A stretch of DNA of 63,904 nucleotides, filler included, from Octopus bimaculoides (GCF_001194135.2; 7 parts of 7 records of this genome joined end to end with filler, not necessarily neighbours in it), one strand, 5' to 3'. Numbered from the whole stretch's first letter, positions 1 to 11,234 are shown. The notes: generated from the letters alone by a model not told the origin. Made by a program: numbers and translations.

Positions 1-13
1 AGTAGAGGCGCTT

Positions 14-551
14 GTGGAGGCGCTGCCCGTGGTCGAAGTCGAGATCGAGGGGAAGAAGTTCAAGGCCCTCGTGGACACGGGTTGCACGACTACCCTCGTG
101 ACGCCAAGGGTGGCGAAGAAATGGGATGCGACGAGTAGCGTCCGGGCGGTCGACGGTAGAGAGATCCGTTGCAGGGGCAGCTCCAGTCTGGAGATAGCGT
201 TACCATATATCGTGCTACACGGGAGGCGAGGCAACAGACGTTTGCGGTGAGACGTTACGTGTGTGGAGACAGTCGACCAAGGCAGCGACGATCGTCGACT
301 TGAAGTCGGCATATTTGCAGCTCCGTGTGAGTGACAAGCTGTGGCGATACCAGCTGGTGCGGTACAATGGCCGGACGTACTGTTTAACCAGGCTGGGTTT
401 CGGGTTGAATTCCGCTCCGAAAATTATGGCGATGGTGCTCAAGTCCGTCCTAGGGAAAGAGGAGAGGATAAGGAAGGCCACCAGTTCCTACATCGACGAC
501 ATTTTGGTTGACGAGACTGTAGTGCCAGCCACCGAGGTAGTTAGACACCTG
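14..551 (+). mobile_element. Ty3/Gypsy LTR retrotransposon pol fragment: aspartic protease joined to RT, internally deleted, runs into an N gap
   Basis: Protease motif FKALVDTGCTTTLV (ORF 14-250). RT motifs IVDLKSAYLQ, RLGFGLNSAPKIM and YIDD (ORF from 261). The two frames join near 195-200, with the N-terminal part of RT missing. Confidence 0.92.
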
Positions 552-1293
552 NNNNNNNNNNNNNNNNNNNNNNNNNNNNNNNNNNNNNNNNNNNNNNNNN
601 NNNNNNNNNNNNNNNNNNNNNNNNNNNNNNNNNNNNNNNNNNNNNNNNNNNNNNNNNNNNNNNNNNNNNNNNNNNNNNNNNNNNNNNNNNNNNNNNNNNN
701 NNNNNNNNNNNNNNNNNNNNNNNNNNNNNNNNNNNNNNNNNNNNNNNNNNNNNNNNNNNNNNNNNNNNNNNNNNNNNNNNNNNNNNNNNNNNNNNNNNNN
801 NNNNNNNNNNNNNNNNNNNNNNNNNNNNNNNNNNNNNNNNNNNNNNNNNNNNNNNNNNNNNNNNNNNNNNNNNNNNNNNNNNNNNNNNNNNNNNNNNNNN
901 NNNNNNNNNNNNNNNNNNNNNNNNNNNNNNNNNNNNNNNNNNNNNNNNNNNNNNNNNNNNNNNNNNNNNNNNNNNNNNNNNNNNNNNNNNNNNNNNNNNN
1001 NNNNNNNNNNNNNNNNNNNNNNNNNNNNNNNNNNNNNNNNNNNNNNNNNNNNNNNNNNNNNNNNNNNNNNNNNNNNNNNNNNNNNNNNNNNNNNNNNNNN
1101 NNNNNNNNNNNNNNNNNNNNNNNNNNNNNNNNNNNNNNNNNNNNNNNNNNNNNNNNNNNNNNNNNNNNNNNNNNNNNNNNNNNNNNNNNNNNNNNNNNNN
1201 NNNNNNNNNNNNNNNNNNNNNNNNNNNNNNNNNNNNNNNNNNNNNNNNNNNNNNNNNNNNNNNNNNNNNNNNNNNNNNNNNNNNNNNNNNNNC

Positions 1294-2019
1294 TTGGGGG
1301 TGGATAGGACCCTGTATCTGGCGAAAATGGTTGATGCTGACGTCACTAGGAGAAACGTTAAGAAAGTGGTCGCGAAATGTGACAGATGCCAGTCCATTGA
1401 CCCCGCCCCGGGTGGGCATGAGCAGGGGAACCTCTCAGTAGAGTGCAACTGGAGGAGACTGGCTGTGGCTGTGACGCACTACCGTCAGGAAATGTATCTC
1501 AGCATGGTCGACTGCGGGCCGGGCCGGCCGGCCATTTGGCGGGAGCTGAGGACAGGCATTGCCGATGAGATTCCCCGCATTCTGAACGAGATATTCTTGG
1601 AGAGGGGTCCTGTGGAAGAACTGCTAATGAACAACGGGGCGGCGTTTCGTTCGGAAGCGTTGGGAGAGATGCTTGACCGGTGGAAGGTGCGACGATTATT
1701 TAGAGCGGCGCATAGGCCGAGTGGCAACGGAATCGTTGAGAGGCACCATCGGACGATCAAGGCCATGGCTGAAAGGGGGCACATTTCGCTCCTGGAAGTG
1801 GTCTACTGGTACATCTCTCCCCGATCCGGACAAGCGGAAGAGTCTATGCCGCACAGAGCGGTGTTCAAATATGAATGGAGGCATCCCAGTAAGACGCCGG
1901 AGTTCTGCAAGGAAGAGAAGGGACCCGCCGGCGTGAAAGTAGGGGAGGAAGTTTGGGTCAAGCCGCCGAAGGCACGCTGCACATCACAATGGGGCAGGGG
2001 AACAGTGACAGCGGTCAAT
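1294..2019 (+). mobile_element. Ty3/Gypsy integrase of the same element
   Basis: KCDRCQ zinc-finger half, VTHY..YLSMVDCG core (first catalytic D altered to A), LLMNNGAAFRS (second D altered to N), GNGIVERHHRTIK, and an SH3-like tail KVGEEVWVKPP..QWGRGTV. Confidence 0.92.
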
Positions 2020-2346
2020 NNNNNNNNNNNNNNNNNNNNNNNNNNNNNNNNNNNNNNNNNNNNNNNNNNNNNNNNNNNNNNNNNNNNNNNNNNNNNNNNN
2101 NNNNNNNNNNNNNNNNNNNNNNNNNNNNNNNNNNNNNNNNNNNNNNNNNNNNNNNNNNNNNNNNNNNNNNNNNNNNNNNNNNNNNNNNNNNNNNNNNNNN
2201 NNNNNNNNNNNNNNNNNNNNNNNNNNNNNNNNNNNNNNNNNNNNNNNNNNNNNNNNNNNNNNNNNNNNNNNNNNNNNNNNNNGACCGGAAGGGAAAAAAG
2301 GGCAGAGGGAGCCTCGATCGGGATTCGTGCCCTTTTCGAATGGGGT

Positions 2347-2523
2347 TGTGGTCAGGACAAGACGTGTTAAGCGACGGTCTAGGTTTGGGAGAGGCAGCTG
2401 CTATTCCTGGTGTATTTAGGGTCGGGGCAAGCTTCAAGGATTGGATACCGCAAGACAGACTCGCAGTCGAGGAAAGGAAAACCGAGGTAAGGCGATTACA
2501 TCTACTCGTACGCACACACCACA
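2347..2523 (+). mobile_element. 3' LTR of Gypsy element 1 (~177 bp)
   Basis: Starts TGTGGT just after purine tract GAATGGGG (2338-2345) and ends ACCACA, a perfect 6-bp terminal inverted repeat. Composition switches abruptly to AT-rich DNA after 2523. Confidence 0.8.
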
Positions 2524-3478
2524 ATTTTTTATTTAGTCGAGTTTCGTTATTTCACATCCTGCCATTTTTCCATGATTCTCCTTCATTTGACCTAAAGATT
2601 TTTAATTTTTGTTGAATTTCTGATCTTTCTAGTGTCTAAGAGTGGAAATTGATGAGTATGAGGTTTTCTTTTCAAATGTTATTCTGGAAAATTTAAAAAC
2701 AAATTTACCTCATCTTGTCTTACTCATTTTGCCCTATCTAAATTTGCCTTTTATATACTCAAAGAGAGCGGAGATGGGTTTCCGAAATAGTGTTCTGAAT
2801 GTTATAGTATTTTAATGCATTTAGAAAAGATCATTTGCTTAGCTGATGTAGTTTTTGTTAGGTAGTGAACATTTATAAAACTATTTTTTTCCTCAAGTCA
2901 AAAATGCAGTAACTATTACTCATTGTACCCCCTCACCCCTTGAAAGGGAAAAAACAGACTTTCGGAATAGCTGTCCCATATATGTTGGAATTTCCCCGTT
3001 TTAGTGAGGATATTCCCTTTCATTTTTTTTTAACAAATTTTATTTAAATTTATACCTTAAAAATGTTTGTTTTCCCTCCACCCACTCACAGATTCCTTCG
3101 TCGTGGCTTTGCAACAACAACAACCATTAAAATGATATACAGTATTTTTCTGTTACGTAATTTTCTATCATTTTATCGTATTCTGTACCCTTCTTCCCTC
3201 CTCCAGTGTATTTTTCACAATGAAGAAAAAAATCAAACACTGCAAGTAAATGTGTGAGAAAAAATTTGAATTTTAATTCGTGTATATAAAGACATTTTCA
3301 GTCATTTATTTAAATTTTCTCTACTAACTCGTCAAATTCAATTACATGCAATAGATAGGTTTTAATAAATATTTGCTAAATTTCCAAAACTAATTCTTGT
3401 GCCTGACGGTCCCACTGAATTTCAATTAGCCGGGGCTCTCCATGGTTTGTATTCAGTCCTGGCTACGTAAACTACTGT

Positions 3479-5263
3479 CTAATTTATCCTTCTAAAAGCT
3501 TGCAAAACCGCGGGATCGGTACTCTTTGGTAAAGAACTGCTACGAAGATGATATGATGTACCTCGTATTTTATCTCGTAATTTTCCCGCTGCCTTTTTGA
3601 AGAAACGCTTATATGAAGTGGTGGAAGGTTCTCGTACATATGATGTACGTGATATAGCAAATTTCTGTGAAACTCGACGTGGATATTCTGACTCTACATT
3701 AAGTTGATTTTCTAGTACACGTTGATTCTCCAGTGATTTTCGTGGTGTGGTTGATGTCCGTCGTGATCTAGGTGGATATTCTGGACGTTGTAGTTCTCGT
3801 GGAATTTGATATGGGTGTGGTGACCGACTAGATGGTGTATGTGTACGATAGTAATGTTTCCGTGGCGTAGTTACTGTCCGTCGTGCACCTCGAAGTGGAT
3901 ATGGGTTTATATCGACATAATATTCTGGTGCATATTGTGAACTATATTGTTCGGGTATGTCTGGATTAGAGCGAGGTGACACTAATTTCGCAAGTTTCTC
4001 TAAATATTGTAATTTATCATATTTCTGTGATCGTGAACGGCCTTGCTTGGATATATATGGCTCTACATTAGTGCGATAGTTTGATACATATCTTGAAGGT
4101 CCTCTATCAACATTCAGTGCAGTTACGTATGTGGGAGGTGGCATTGCATTGTGATGATATCTTGATACATATCGTGAATTACGGTGAACACTCTTGAGTC
4201 TTGGGTCTGATGAATTATTATTATTCTCTAAATACGAAACACTCCGACACCTGAGGGGCGCTGAAACTTTGTTTTCAGAAATTCTTCTGGGAGGATAAGC
4301 TGTTTTTCTTTCAGATCTGTTATATGACATGTCTACCCCCGAAATTCTGCATTCACGTGACGACATACGGTGAGGATATGGTTTTGGTATACTGAGGTGG
4401 GGTTCGTGTGTTGTGAAATTTTGGCATTCCTCAAATGGTCTTCTAGTTGACGAAATTTCATCATTATTTTCTAGTTGTTCCTTTCTTGAATATTTCGGAA
4501 TATAAAGCAACGAGCATGTTAAATTTGTCTTACTATTTTGAATCATTTCCGTAGCTGTATTAATGTGATGTGGGTTTATTTTTGATATCGAATGTATTTT
4601 TCCTCCTTTGTTTATCCAGTTTTTGTTCATTGTAAACCTTTCCCCGTCTTTCTTTGGTAAAGATTTATCTAATCCTGCACTTCTCTTGCTCAATTTAACT
4701 GGATGGTTGTCAGGGCTGAGAGCATTTTCTCCATTCAGTGTCTTACATTCCAATCTGTTGTTTACATACACGTTTTTATCGTCTGCTACTTCACTTACAC
4801 ATCTCTTAGTTTTCTCATCTTTTGAATAGTCATGTTTTGCTGAGTAATTTTCACCATCATCGTTTAACTGGTCATTGTCTTGACCTTCCTTAATATCTAT
4901 TTGAATCATTTCCCTCACATTACCAATATGATTATCAGTAGCATTTTCGCGATCGTCATCTCGAGAATCAATATGTCCAATATTATCTTCTGTAAAATTC
5001 TTGCATTCATTTAGTGCTGTAGCTTTATGTAATTCCTCATTTAGAACATCTGGATGATCAGCCATTTCTTCAGGTTGTGAGTAGAGGTTTCCATTACAAC
5101 TCGAAAACATTTCATTCTCCGTGGTATTCATTCTGGTCTCCTCAAGTTTATCCTCAATGTAGAGAAATGAAACTAAATGATTTAATAATAACAATCTACT
5201 TGCAACTATGACATCATCAATGAATGTGACATCGTGCTGTAGTAGTGATATTATCGCTACCAT
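3479..5263 (-). CDS. Uncharacterised 594-aa protein (or large terminal exon): acidic N-terminal half, basic R/S/P/Y-rich disordered C-terminal half; alternative start Met45 at 5131
   Basis: 1785-bp uninterrupted ORF in very AT-rich DNA with no TE motifs. Internal duplicated peptides (YPLRGARRTVTTPRK / YPPRSRRTSTTPRK; SRYVSRY / SRYVSNY) differ at several synonymous sites. Candidate polyA signals AATAAA (3305-3310) and ATTAAA (3361-3366) lie downstream on the minus strand. Confidence 0.75.
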   Translation of the reverse strand: MVAIISLLQHDVTFIDDVIVASRLLLLNHLVSFLYIEDKLEETRMNTTENEMFSSCNGNLYSQPEEMADHPDVLNEELHKATALNECKNFTEDNIGHIDSRDDDRENATDNHIGNVREMIQIDIKEGQDNDQLNDDGENYSAKHDYSKDEKTKRCVSEVADDKNVYVNNRLECKTLNGENALSPDNHPVKLSKRSAGLDKSLPKKDGERFTMNKNWINKGGKIHSISKINPHHINTATEMIQNSKTNLTCSLLYIPKYSRKEQLENNDEISSTRRPFEECQNFTTHEPHLSIPKPYPHRMSSRECRISGVDMSYNRSERKTAYPPRRISENKVSAPLRCRSVSYLENNNNSSDPRLKSVHRNSRYVSRYHHNAMPPPTYVTALNVDRGPSRYVSNYRTNVEPYISKQGRSRSQKYDKLQYLEKLAKLVSPRSNPDIPEQYSSQYAPEYYVDINPYPLRGARRTVTTPRKHYYRTHTPSSRSPHPYQIPRELQRPEYPPRSRRTSTTPRKSLENQRVLENQLNVESEYPRRVSQKFAISRTSYVREPSTTSYKRFFKKAAGKLRDKIRGTSYHLRSSSLPKSTDPAVLQAFRRIN

Positions 5264-5571
5264 TTTACTGTTGCTGTTAATATGAATATATATACAACAG
5301 CTGCCAATGGCACAATTAGTGAAACAATGAACAAAATGTCTAGCTGTATTCAGTTACGTATATTTCCGTTCTATGTTCAAACATATTGAGGTTGGTAAAA
5401 TAAGTCCTAATTGAATATTAAAGTAGATTTTAATCAACTATTTCTTCATCATTAAGTTGCAGTTTTGTGGTTATGCTAAAAATCATAATTATATCTGATC
5501 GGTTCCGACACAAAGACGAGCCACAAAATATATCTACCTAGAATTGAAAAAACTGGCGGAATTTGCTGTTA

Positions 5572-5796
5572 TCAGACGTTCACAAAGGCAGTGGCCATAT
5601 TACGAGATGAATTAGGCCCTAGTTTACGTAGAGGCAGTTCTTCGGAACCAGAAACATCATTTCGTCTTCGTCGAAGTTCGAGCTCTGGGCGAAGCACACC
5701 GTTACGTCATACGTCACTAAGTTTACGTAGCTGAAGTCCATTAGTGCCAGAAACATCATTTCGTCTTCGTCGCAGTTCGGCTTCCGTACCAAACAT
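5572..5796 (-). pseudogene. Short ORF or exon with two 99-bp repeats encoding ELRRRRNDVSGxxxLxLRKL, interrupted by one in-frame TGA
   Basis: Direct repeat at 5621 and 5720 (period 99 bp = 33 codons). In this frame the copies differ at five synonymous sites. ATG at 5796, TGA at 5709-5707, terminal TGA at 5574-5572. Acceptor-like TTTTGTTACGTCCTGTTTAAG lies upstream. Confidence 0.45.
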
Positions 5797-5826
5797 TTCT
5801 TAAACAGGACGTAACAAAAAGCATTT

Positions 5827-7610
5827 TATCGTCCGACACTTTCACCATTTTTTGGAAGGTCAAACTTTCCTGATGTTCTCTGGTCGCAAACTACTCACCT
5901 TTACTATGAGCAAACTATTGGAGCCATGGTATGCACGTTAGCAGCGACAGTTATCAGCCATTTCTGAGTACACTAAAGATATTCAGCACCTATCTGGAAA
6001 AAAACAACCCATTTGCTGAAGCACTCTCTAAAGCCTTATTTACACTGACACCTACAATGGAAAGTCTTAACTATGAGGCTATGGCCATTGCTCAACAAAT
6101 AGATAATGGCATCAGGGCCTACTTCACAGCCGTCACCTCCGTTTCCTTGCAGGATATACACTTCGGCTATAATGGAACAGCCCAATTTTATGATGTATCC
6201 ACCGGGAAACCACGACCAATCATCCCATCAGCCTAGTGCCAAAAGTTTTTGATGTTATTCATGGAATTTCCCACCCAGGTACCAGAATCAGGTGCCAACT
6301 GATATCGCACAAATTTTTCTGGCATGGTATGGCCAAGCAAATTGGAGAGTGGACCAAAATCCATATCCTCTGCCAAGCCAAAATCCGTCAGCACACCAAA
6401 GCACCTTACGGTAGCTATGAACCCCAACAGACCTATTTCGGCCATATCAACATTGACCTCGTTAGCCCCCTACCACCTTCACTAGATTGCTCACACATAC
6501 TAACCATAGTGCACTGCTTCACTTGTTAACCTGAGGCCATACTTCTCTGCAGCACAAAAACACAGGAAATCACCTGCACCTTCATTGCAAACTGGATCGC
6601 CCGTTTCGGTGTCCCATATAGCATCTCATCCAACCACAGATCTCAATTTATCTTGAAGTTATTGAATTACATGTGTGAATTGTTTAACATCAGTATGAAA
6701 CACACAACAGCCCATCACCCCAAGCCAACAGCTTCGTGGAGAGATTTCACCACTGTTTAACCCTTTCATTACCAACCCGGCTGAAACCGGCTCTGACTCT
6801 GAATACAAATGTCATGTTATCATAAGTTTTGAATTAAAATCTTCCACAAAACCTTAGTAACAATTTATGTTCCTAACACTAGCTTTGTGATAACTAAGTT
6901 ATTTTACTAAATTCTTTGTTATATTTAAAGTAATTGAAAGAAACTCAGAGCATCTCAAAATAAATACTGTAGCGAAAGGATTAAAGGAATCCCTCATAAC
7001 CAGATTTAACGGGCCTAACTGGATCTACCAATTTTCATGGGTGATGCTGGAAATCCACACTGCTCTAAAGGAAGACCTCGACATTTCTTCAACAGAAATG
7101 GTGTACGGTGCTCTGATTACTGTGCTGGGGGAATCTATTTCAAGCACGAAGTCAGACCTGAATGCTAAAAGGTATATGGAGCAACTGAGAGACAACATGG
7201 GTCAGTTATGCCCTACTTCCATGTCAACACACAGTATACCTTGGTCCTCTGTACCAAATGGCCTCCACAAGATGAAGTTTGTTTACACTTGTTGCGATGC
7301 ACGATGAAACCCCTTCAATCACCCTATGATGAGACCATATGAAGTGATTAATCCAGGACAGAAGTCATTTCAACTCCAGATTGGAAGATGACACAAAATG
7401 GTTTTCATCGATAGATTGAAACCAGCCCTTCTCGACATTGTTAGGCCCGTTCAAGTAGGTCAACTACCAAACAGAGGCCATCCTAGGCAAGTCACACCAA
7501 CCCCTGATGACGAACAGTTGCTAATGAGTCAAGTAACGGCATGCACGAGTTGGGTGGTAAAAATGCATTATCAGTTCTTATGACAATCGACAGATCAGAG
7601 CGGGGAGATA
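5827..7610 (+). mobile_element. Decayed Ty3/Gypsy element 2 (CsRn1-like by motif resemblance): RNase H tail and integrase, with stops and frameshifts
   Basis: RHFHHFLEGQTF, NPFAEALS, YDVSTGKPRPIIP, HGISHPG..HKFFWHGM..CQAK (HHCC), FGHINIDLVSPLPPS, VERFHHCLKESL, VMLEIHTALKEDL, MVFIDRLKPA. Confidence 0.9.
6761..6980. mobile_element. piggyBac-type MITE (~220 bp) inserted in the Gypsy integrase
   Basis: TTAA duplicated at 6757-6760 and 6981-6984. Ends CCCTTTCATTAC and GTAGCGAAAGGA are imperfect TIRs. Removing the element restores ERFHHCLKESLITRF. Confidence 0.85.
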
Positions 7611-7747
7611 TGTAGGGCATTACCTATGAGCTGGTAAAAGACAAACTATAGATGAGGACTTTTACTGCATATCAGTTACTGAACTAATCGACAGTAAAAG
7701 GTACTTCCAGTGAGGCAGGTTCTTCTCTTTCGGGTAAATGATTTACA
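7611..7747 (+). mobile_element. Probable short 3' LTR of Gypsy element 2
   Basis: Purine tract AGAGCGGGGAGA at ~7597-7608, then TGTAG...TTACA termini. Followed directly by microsatellite. Confidence 0.6.
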
Positions 7748-7749
7748 GA

Positions 7750-7883
7750 AGATATATATATATATATATATACACATGCATACATATATATATATATATA
7801 TATACACATACATACATACATATATATATATATACACATACATACATACATATATATATATATACACATACATACGTACATAT
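7750..7883. repeat. (TA)n/(TACA)n compound repeat with a ~30-bp higher-order unit
   Basis: Visible directly; runs into an N gap. Confidence 0.95.
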
Positions 7884-8795
7884 NNNNNNNNNNNNNNNNN
7901 NNNNNNNNNNNNNNNNNNNNNNNNNNNNNNNNNNNNNNNNNNNNNNNNNNNNNNNNNNNNNNNNNNNNNNNNNNNNNNNNNNNNNNNNNNNNNNNNNNNN
8001 NNNNNNNNNNNNNNNNNNNNNNNNNNNNNNNNNNNNNNNNNNNNNNNNNNNNNNNNNNNNNNNNNNNNNNNNNNNNNNNNNNNNNNNNNNNNNNNNNNNN
8101 NNNNNNNNNNNNNNNNNNNNNNNNNNNNNNNNNNNNNNNNNNNNNNNNNNNNNNNNNNNNNNNNNNNNNNNNNNNNNNNNNNNNNNNNNNNNNNNNNNNN
8201 NNNNNNNNNNNNNNNNNNNNNNNNNNNNNNNNNNNNNNNNNNNNNNNNNNNNNNNNNNNNNNNNNNNNNNNNNNNNNNNNNNNNNNNNNNNNNNNNNNNN
8301 NNNNNNNNNNNNNNNNNNNNNNNNNNNNNNNNNNNNNNNNNNNNNNNNNNNNNNNNNNNNNNNNNNNNNNNNNNNNNNNNNNNNNNNNNNNNNNNNNNNN
8401 NNNNNNNNNNNNNNNNNNNNNNNNNNNNNNNNNNNNNNNNNNNNNNNNNNNNNNNNNNNNNNNNNNNNNNNNNNNNNNNNNNNNNNNNNNNNNNNNNNNN
8501 NNNNNNNNNNNNNNNNNNNNNNNNNNNNNNNNNNNNNNNNNNNNNNNNNNNNNNNNNNNNNNNNNNNNNNNNNNNNNNNNNNNNNNNNNNNNNNNNNNNN
8601 NNNNNNNNNNNNNNNNNNNNNNNNNNNNNNNNNNNNNNNNNNNNNNNNNNNNNNNNNNNNNNNNNNNNNNNNNNNNNNNNNNNNNNNNNNNNNNNNNNNN
8701 NNNNNNNNNNNNNNNNNNNNNNNNNNNNNNNNNNNNNNNNNNNNNNNNNNNNNNNNNNNNNNNNNNNNNNNNNATATATATATATATATATATAA

Positions 8796-8942
8796 GGATC
8801 AAAACTGTTTGATTCAAACTCCTTGGTACTCTGAGTTTCAAGTGTGTCGCTAGTCTTTGGCTATTAGACCCCAACGGCCGAAGACTAGTGACATACTTGA
8901 AACTGACAGTGCTAAGGAGTTTGAATCAAATTATTTTGATCC
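8796..8942. mobile_element. 147-bp fold-back element (MITE-like) with 67-bp arms and a 13-nt loop
   Basis: 8796-8862 is the reverse complement of 8876-8942 at 56/67 positions. It sits at the edge of a (TA)n tract. Confidence 0.8.
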
Positions 8943-8998
8943 ATACATGTAGCTCCCAATAAATGTGTTGAGTGCCCTTCTTTCGTTTGTCTACTTGC

Positions 8999-9000
8999 TC

Positions 9001-9041
<41 letters not shown>

Positions 9042-9170
9042 CATGCATACATACATATGTGCATGTATGTATGTATGTATGTATGTATACATGTGTGTGT
9101 GTGTGCCTGCGTGTGTGCGTGCATGCATGCATGTGTGTTTATGTGTGAGAGTGTGTGTGTGTGTTGATAT
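8999..9170. repeat. Compound (AGAT)n-(ATGT)n-(GT)n microsatellite
   Basis: Visible directly. Confidence 0.95.
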
Positions 9171-9910
9171 AAATATATATATATTTCTATTTGCACCAAA
9201 CACACTTTTAAAACTAAAGAAGTCAGTTCCTTAACCATATTTTGCATATTTATAAACACATAACCTTCTTGTAGGGAGAATTTTGGAGGATACAGTACAA
9301 TATCATAGCAAAATTACATGGGTAAACAGAAATATTGGTTCAGAAACAAATCATGATACTTCAAGGTACTACAAAACTTGGTTTTAAATACATATTTATT
9401 CTAAAACCTTTATTCCAACTGGTGGCTAAGATAGTGACACATGAGAGAATAATTACATATTAAGTTATTATTTCAACAAAGTTTATTTATAAAATAAGGC
9501 ATACAAAACTGAACAAAATGTAATAAAGGTATTTACAGGGGTGATATTTCAGTATACATATGTGATATCTATAGGTTTATAACATAGGCACAAGACCAAG
9601 CTATTTTTCTTTGTTTTGTTTTTGTTTTTGTTTTTTTTAGTGTAGAGTCAAATAAATCAATCCATTATTGATTGGTACTTGCTTTATCCATCTTAGAAGA
9701 ATGGTAGGTAGGAATAAAGCTTCACAGGATCTGAATTCAGAACATAAGAAGACTAAATAACCAAATTCCACATTGCATTTAATCTGTTATTCTAATGTTT
9801 CCAATTTTCATGATCTTCCTATGACAGATATATTAACTAGCTACAATAACCTGCTACTTCCAAAATGATCAAACATAGAATAGTTAAAAAAACTATTCTA
9901 TGTTTATCAC

Positions 9911-10090
9911 AAACGGGCTGATGTTTGGCTTCTCTACATCCGTGTAACTTAGAAATTTGGCAAAAGAAGACTAATACAGTAAGTATCAAACTTTAAAAAA
10001 AATATGTGGTCAAGTTAATCAACTAAACCCTTCTAGAAGATACCAGGTATGGGCATAGATTTGCAGTTCTATGACTGAAAGAAGTAAAAC
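9911..10090 (+). mobile_element. Old degenerate 3' half of SINE family A
   Basis: CCGTGTAACTTAG..TTTGGCAAAAGAAGAC...ATGACTGAAAGAAGTAAAA resembles the tail of the copy at 16525-16929. Confidence 0.55.
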
Positions 10091-10161
10091 CACAAAAGTA
10101 TATATATATATATATATNNNNNNNNNNNNNNNNNNNNNNNNNNNNNNNNNNNNNNNNNNNN

Positions 10162-10173
10162 TTAATTAATTAA
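10162..10173. other. Assembly spacer TTAATTAATTAA between N runs (also at 18627-18638, 47552-47563, 53938-53949, 59130-59141, 62342-62353)
   Basis: The same 12-mer, with stops in all six frames, is centred in ~100-base N blocks six times. Confidence 0.95.
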
Positions 10174-10911
10174 NNNNNNNNNNNNNNNNNNNNNNNNNNN
10201 NNNNNNNNNNNNNNNNNAAGAAGAAGAAGAAAAAAAAAAAAAAGAAGAAGAAGAAGAAGAAGAAGAAGAAGAAGAAGAAGAAATTATAATAACAATAACA
10301 ACAACAACAACAGCTGCAGGTGCATCAGCAACAACATCCAAATCCATCTACGAAGACTCTAATAGAAGTTCGCAATATTTCTTTACACATAATTCAGTAA
10401 TCTAGTTCCCCCGCCTCAAAAGAAGACAGAGATAAAGAGGATGAGAGAGAGAGAGAGATGAGGAGGAAAAGAGCGAAGGAGAAAATAGAGAGTGAAAATC
10501 CTATTTCGTGAAAAGTACTTTTGCATTTCCAATTCGAAATGCAATTAAGTTGAACGCAAACATTTCATTCACTGAGGTTCATTGAATGGAATCTTAAAGA
10601 CTAAAGCAAGAGGCGTTTGGCGGTGATGAGTAGATACGAGAAGACGAGTGACTGAGACAGAGGGGGGGGGGAGAAAGAGAAAGCGAGAGATAGAGAGATA
10701 AAGGGAAAGAGAAAGACAAGAATATATTAGTATTGTTAATCGTATTACATTATCAGATGATATGTTAACAACGATGAAGATTACCACATGTTGTTGGGGA
10801 GTNNNNNNNNNNNNNNNNNNNNNNNNNNNNNNNNNNNNNNNNNNNNNNNNNNNNNNNNNNNNNNNNNNNNNNNNNNNNNNNNATATATATATATATATAT
10901 ATAAATACATA

Positions 10912-10984
<73 letters not shown>

Positions 10985-11234
10985 ATGTATATATAATATA
11001 CAAGCACATGTATATATGTATACACATACACATTCATATATACATATTTATATATATGTGTGCTTACATGTGATATATATATATATATATATAGTATGTG
11101 GCAACATGGAAGTATGTTGAGGCGTAAACTACTGTTACAATATGAAACGTGTGATTGCTTACATACGAACATGAAGGATTTGAAACAGAAGAGAGATATG
11201 TGTTTGATATAAAGAAGGAAAAGAATGATGCAAA

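Noticed and set aside
5621-5790. CRISPR-like repeat-spacer interpretation of the direct repeats
   Set aside because: Eukaryotic context, only two copies, no cas genes, and a codon-periodic divergence pattern.
5489-5800. Plus-strand reading of the 99-bp repeat (SLRRGSSSEPETSFRLRRSS)
   Set aside because: Differences between the two copies are more often synonymous in the minus frame, and the plus frame gains a stop inside the repeat.
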